Source: Tubiluchus corallicola (taxonomy: Eukaryota > Animalia > Priapulida). From it: a DNA stretch of 64,000 bases. How positions within the stretch are numbered: position 1 is the first letter of the stretch; each line of letters starts with the position of its first letter. Of the stretch, positions 63,438 through 64,000 are shown in pieces. The stretch spans positions 186,001 through 250,000 of the forward strand of contig JAQGDQ010000338.1 of NCBI GenBank assembly GCA_030141605.1. Direction: 5' to 3'. The translations under genes and the position numbers were made by a program. The notes beneath the pieces are model-generated. The model was not told where the DNA came from and did not search any database. It was given only the letters and a program-made list of their open reading frames with translations.

Positions 63438-63619
63438 CACACGTCATATTGCTTATAGACTGTTGCTTACCCGCAGTAATTGCTAAAGGTATGTTCACAT
63501 GTATTTGGCGCCACAGTATGGCGACAGTAAGTCCACAACCTGCAGAATGTGCGTCTTGTCCAACGTGATGAGGCGTTCACATACATCCAAGAACACAATC
63601 TCTCTCGGTGCGTCACTCC

Positions 63620-64000
<381 letters not shown>

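Overview
AT-rich, repeat-dense eukaryotic genomic DNA, most likely a metazoan invertebrate (metazoan-type 5S head, degenerate CCCTAA tract, RTE/L2/Rex1-type LINE remnants). No prokaryotic features or CRISPR. Only two ORFs look like real host genes: a very Glu-rich, repeat-built ORF on the minus strand (13531-16638, frame open further upstream through a GAA/GAACAA microsatellite) and a two-transmembrane ORF on the plus strand (27137-27957, ending at a GTAAGT donor, with a phase-compatible candidate last exon at 63254-63437). The rest is mobile and tandem DNA: two copies of a 5S rRNA-headed SINE (one with a 14-bp TSD), TTAA-flanked piggyBac-like and Kolobok-like MITEs, hAT MITEs with 8-bp TSDs, a TA-flanked Tigger-like MITE, foldback elements, a possible solo LTR, truncated LINE 3' ends, and more than 20 micro- and minisatellites. 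Most long ORFs in the supplied track are artefacts of these tandem repeats. Family names come from terminal/TSD rules and remembered motifs, not from database searches; coordinates and copy numbers were counted by eye.
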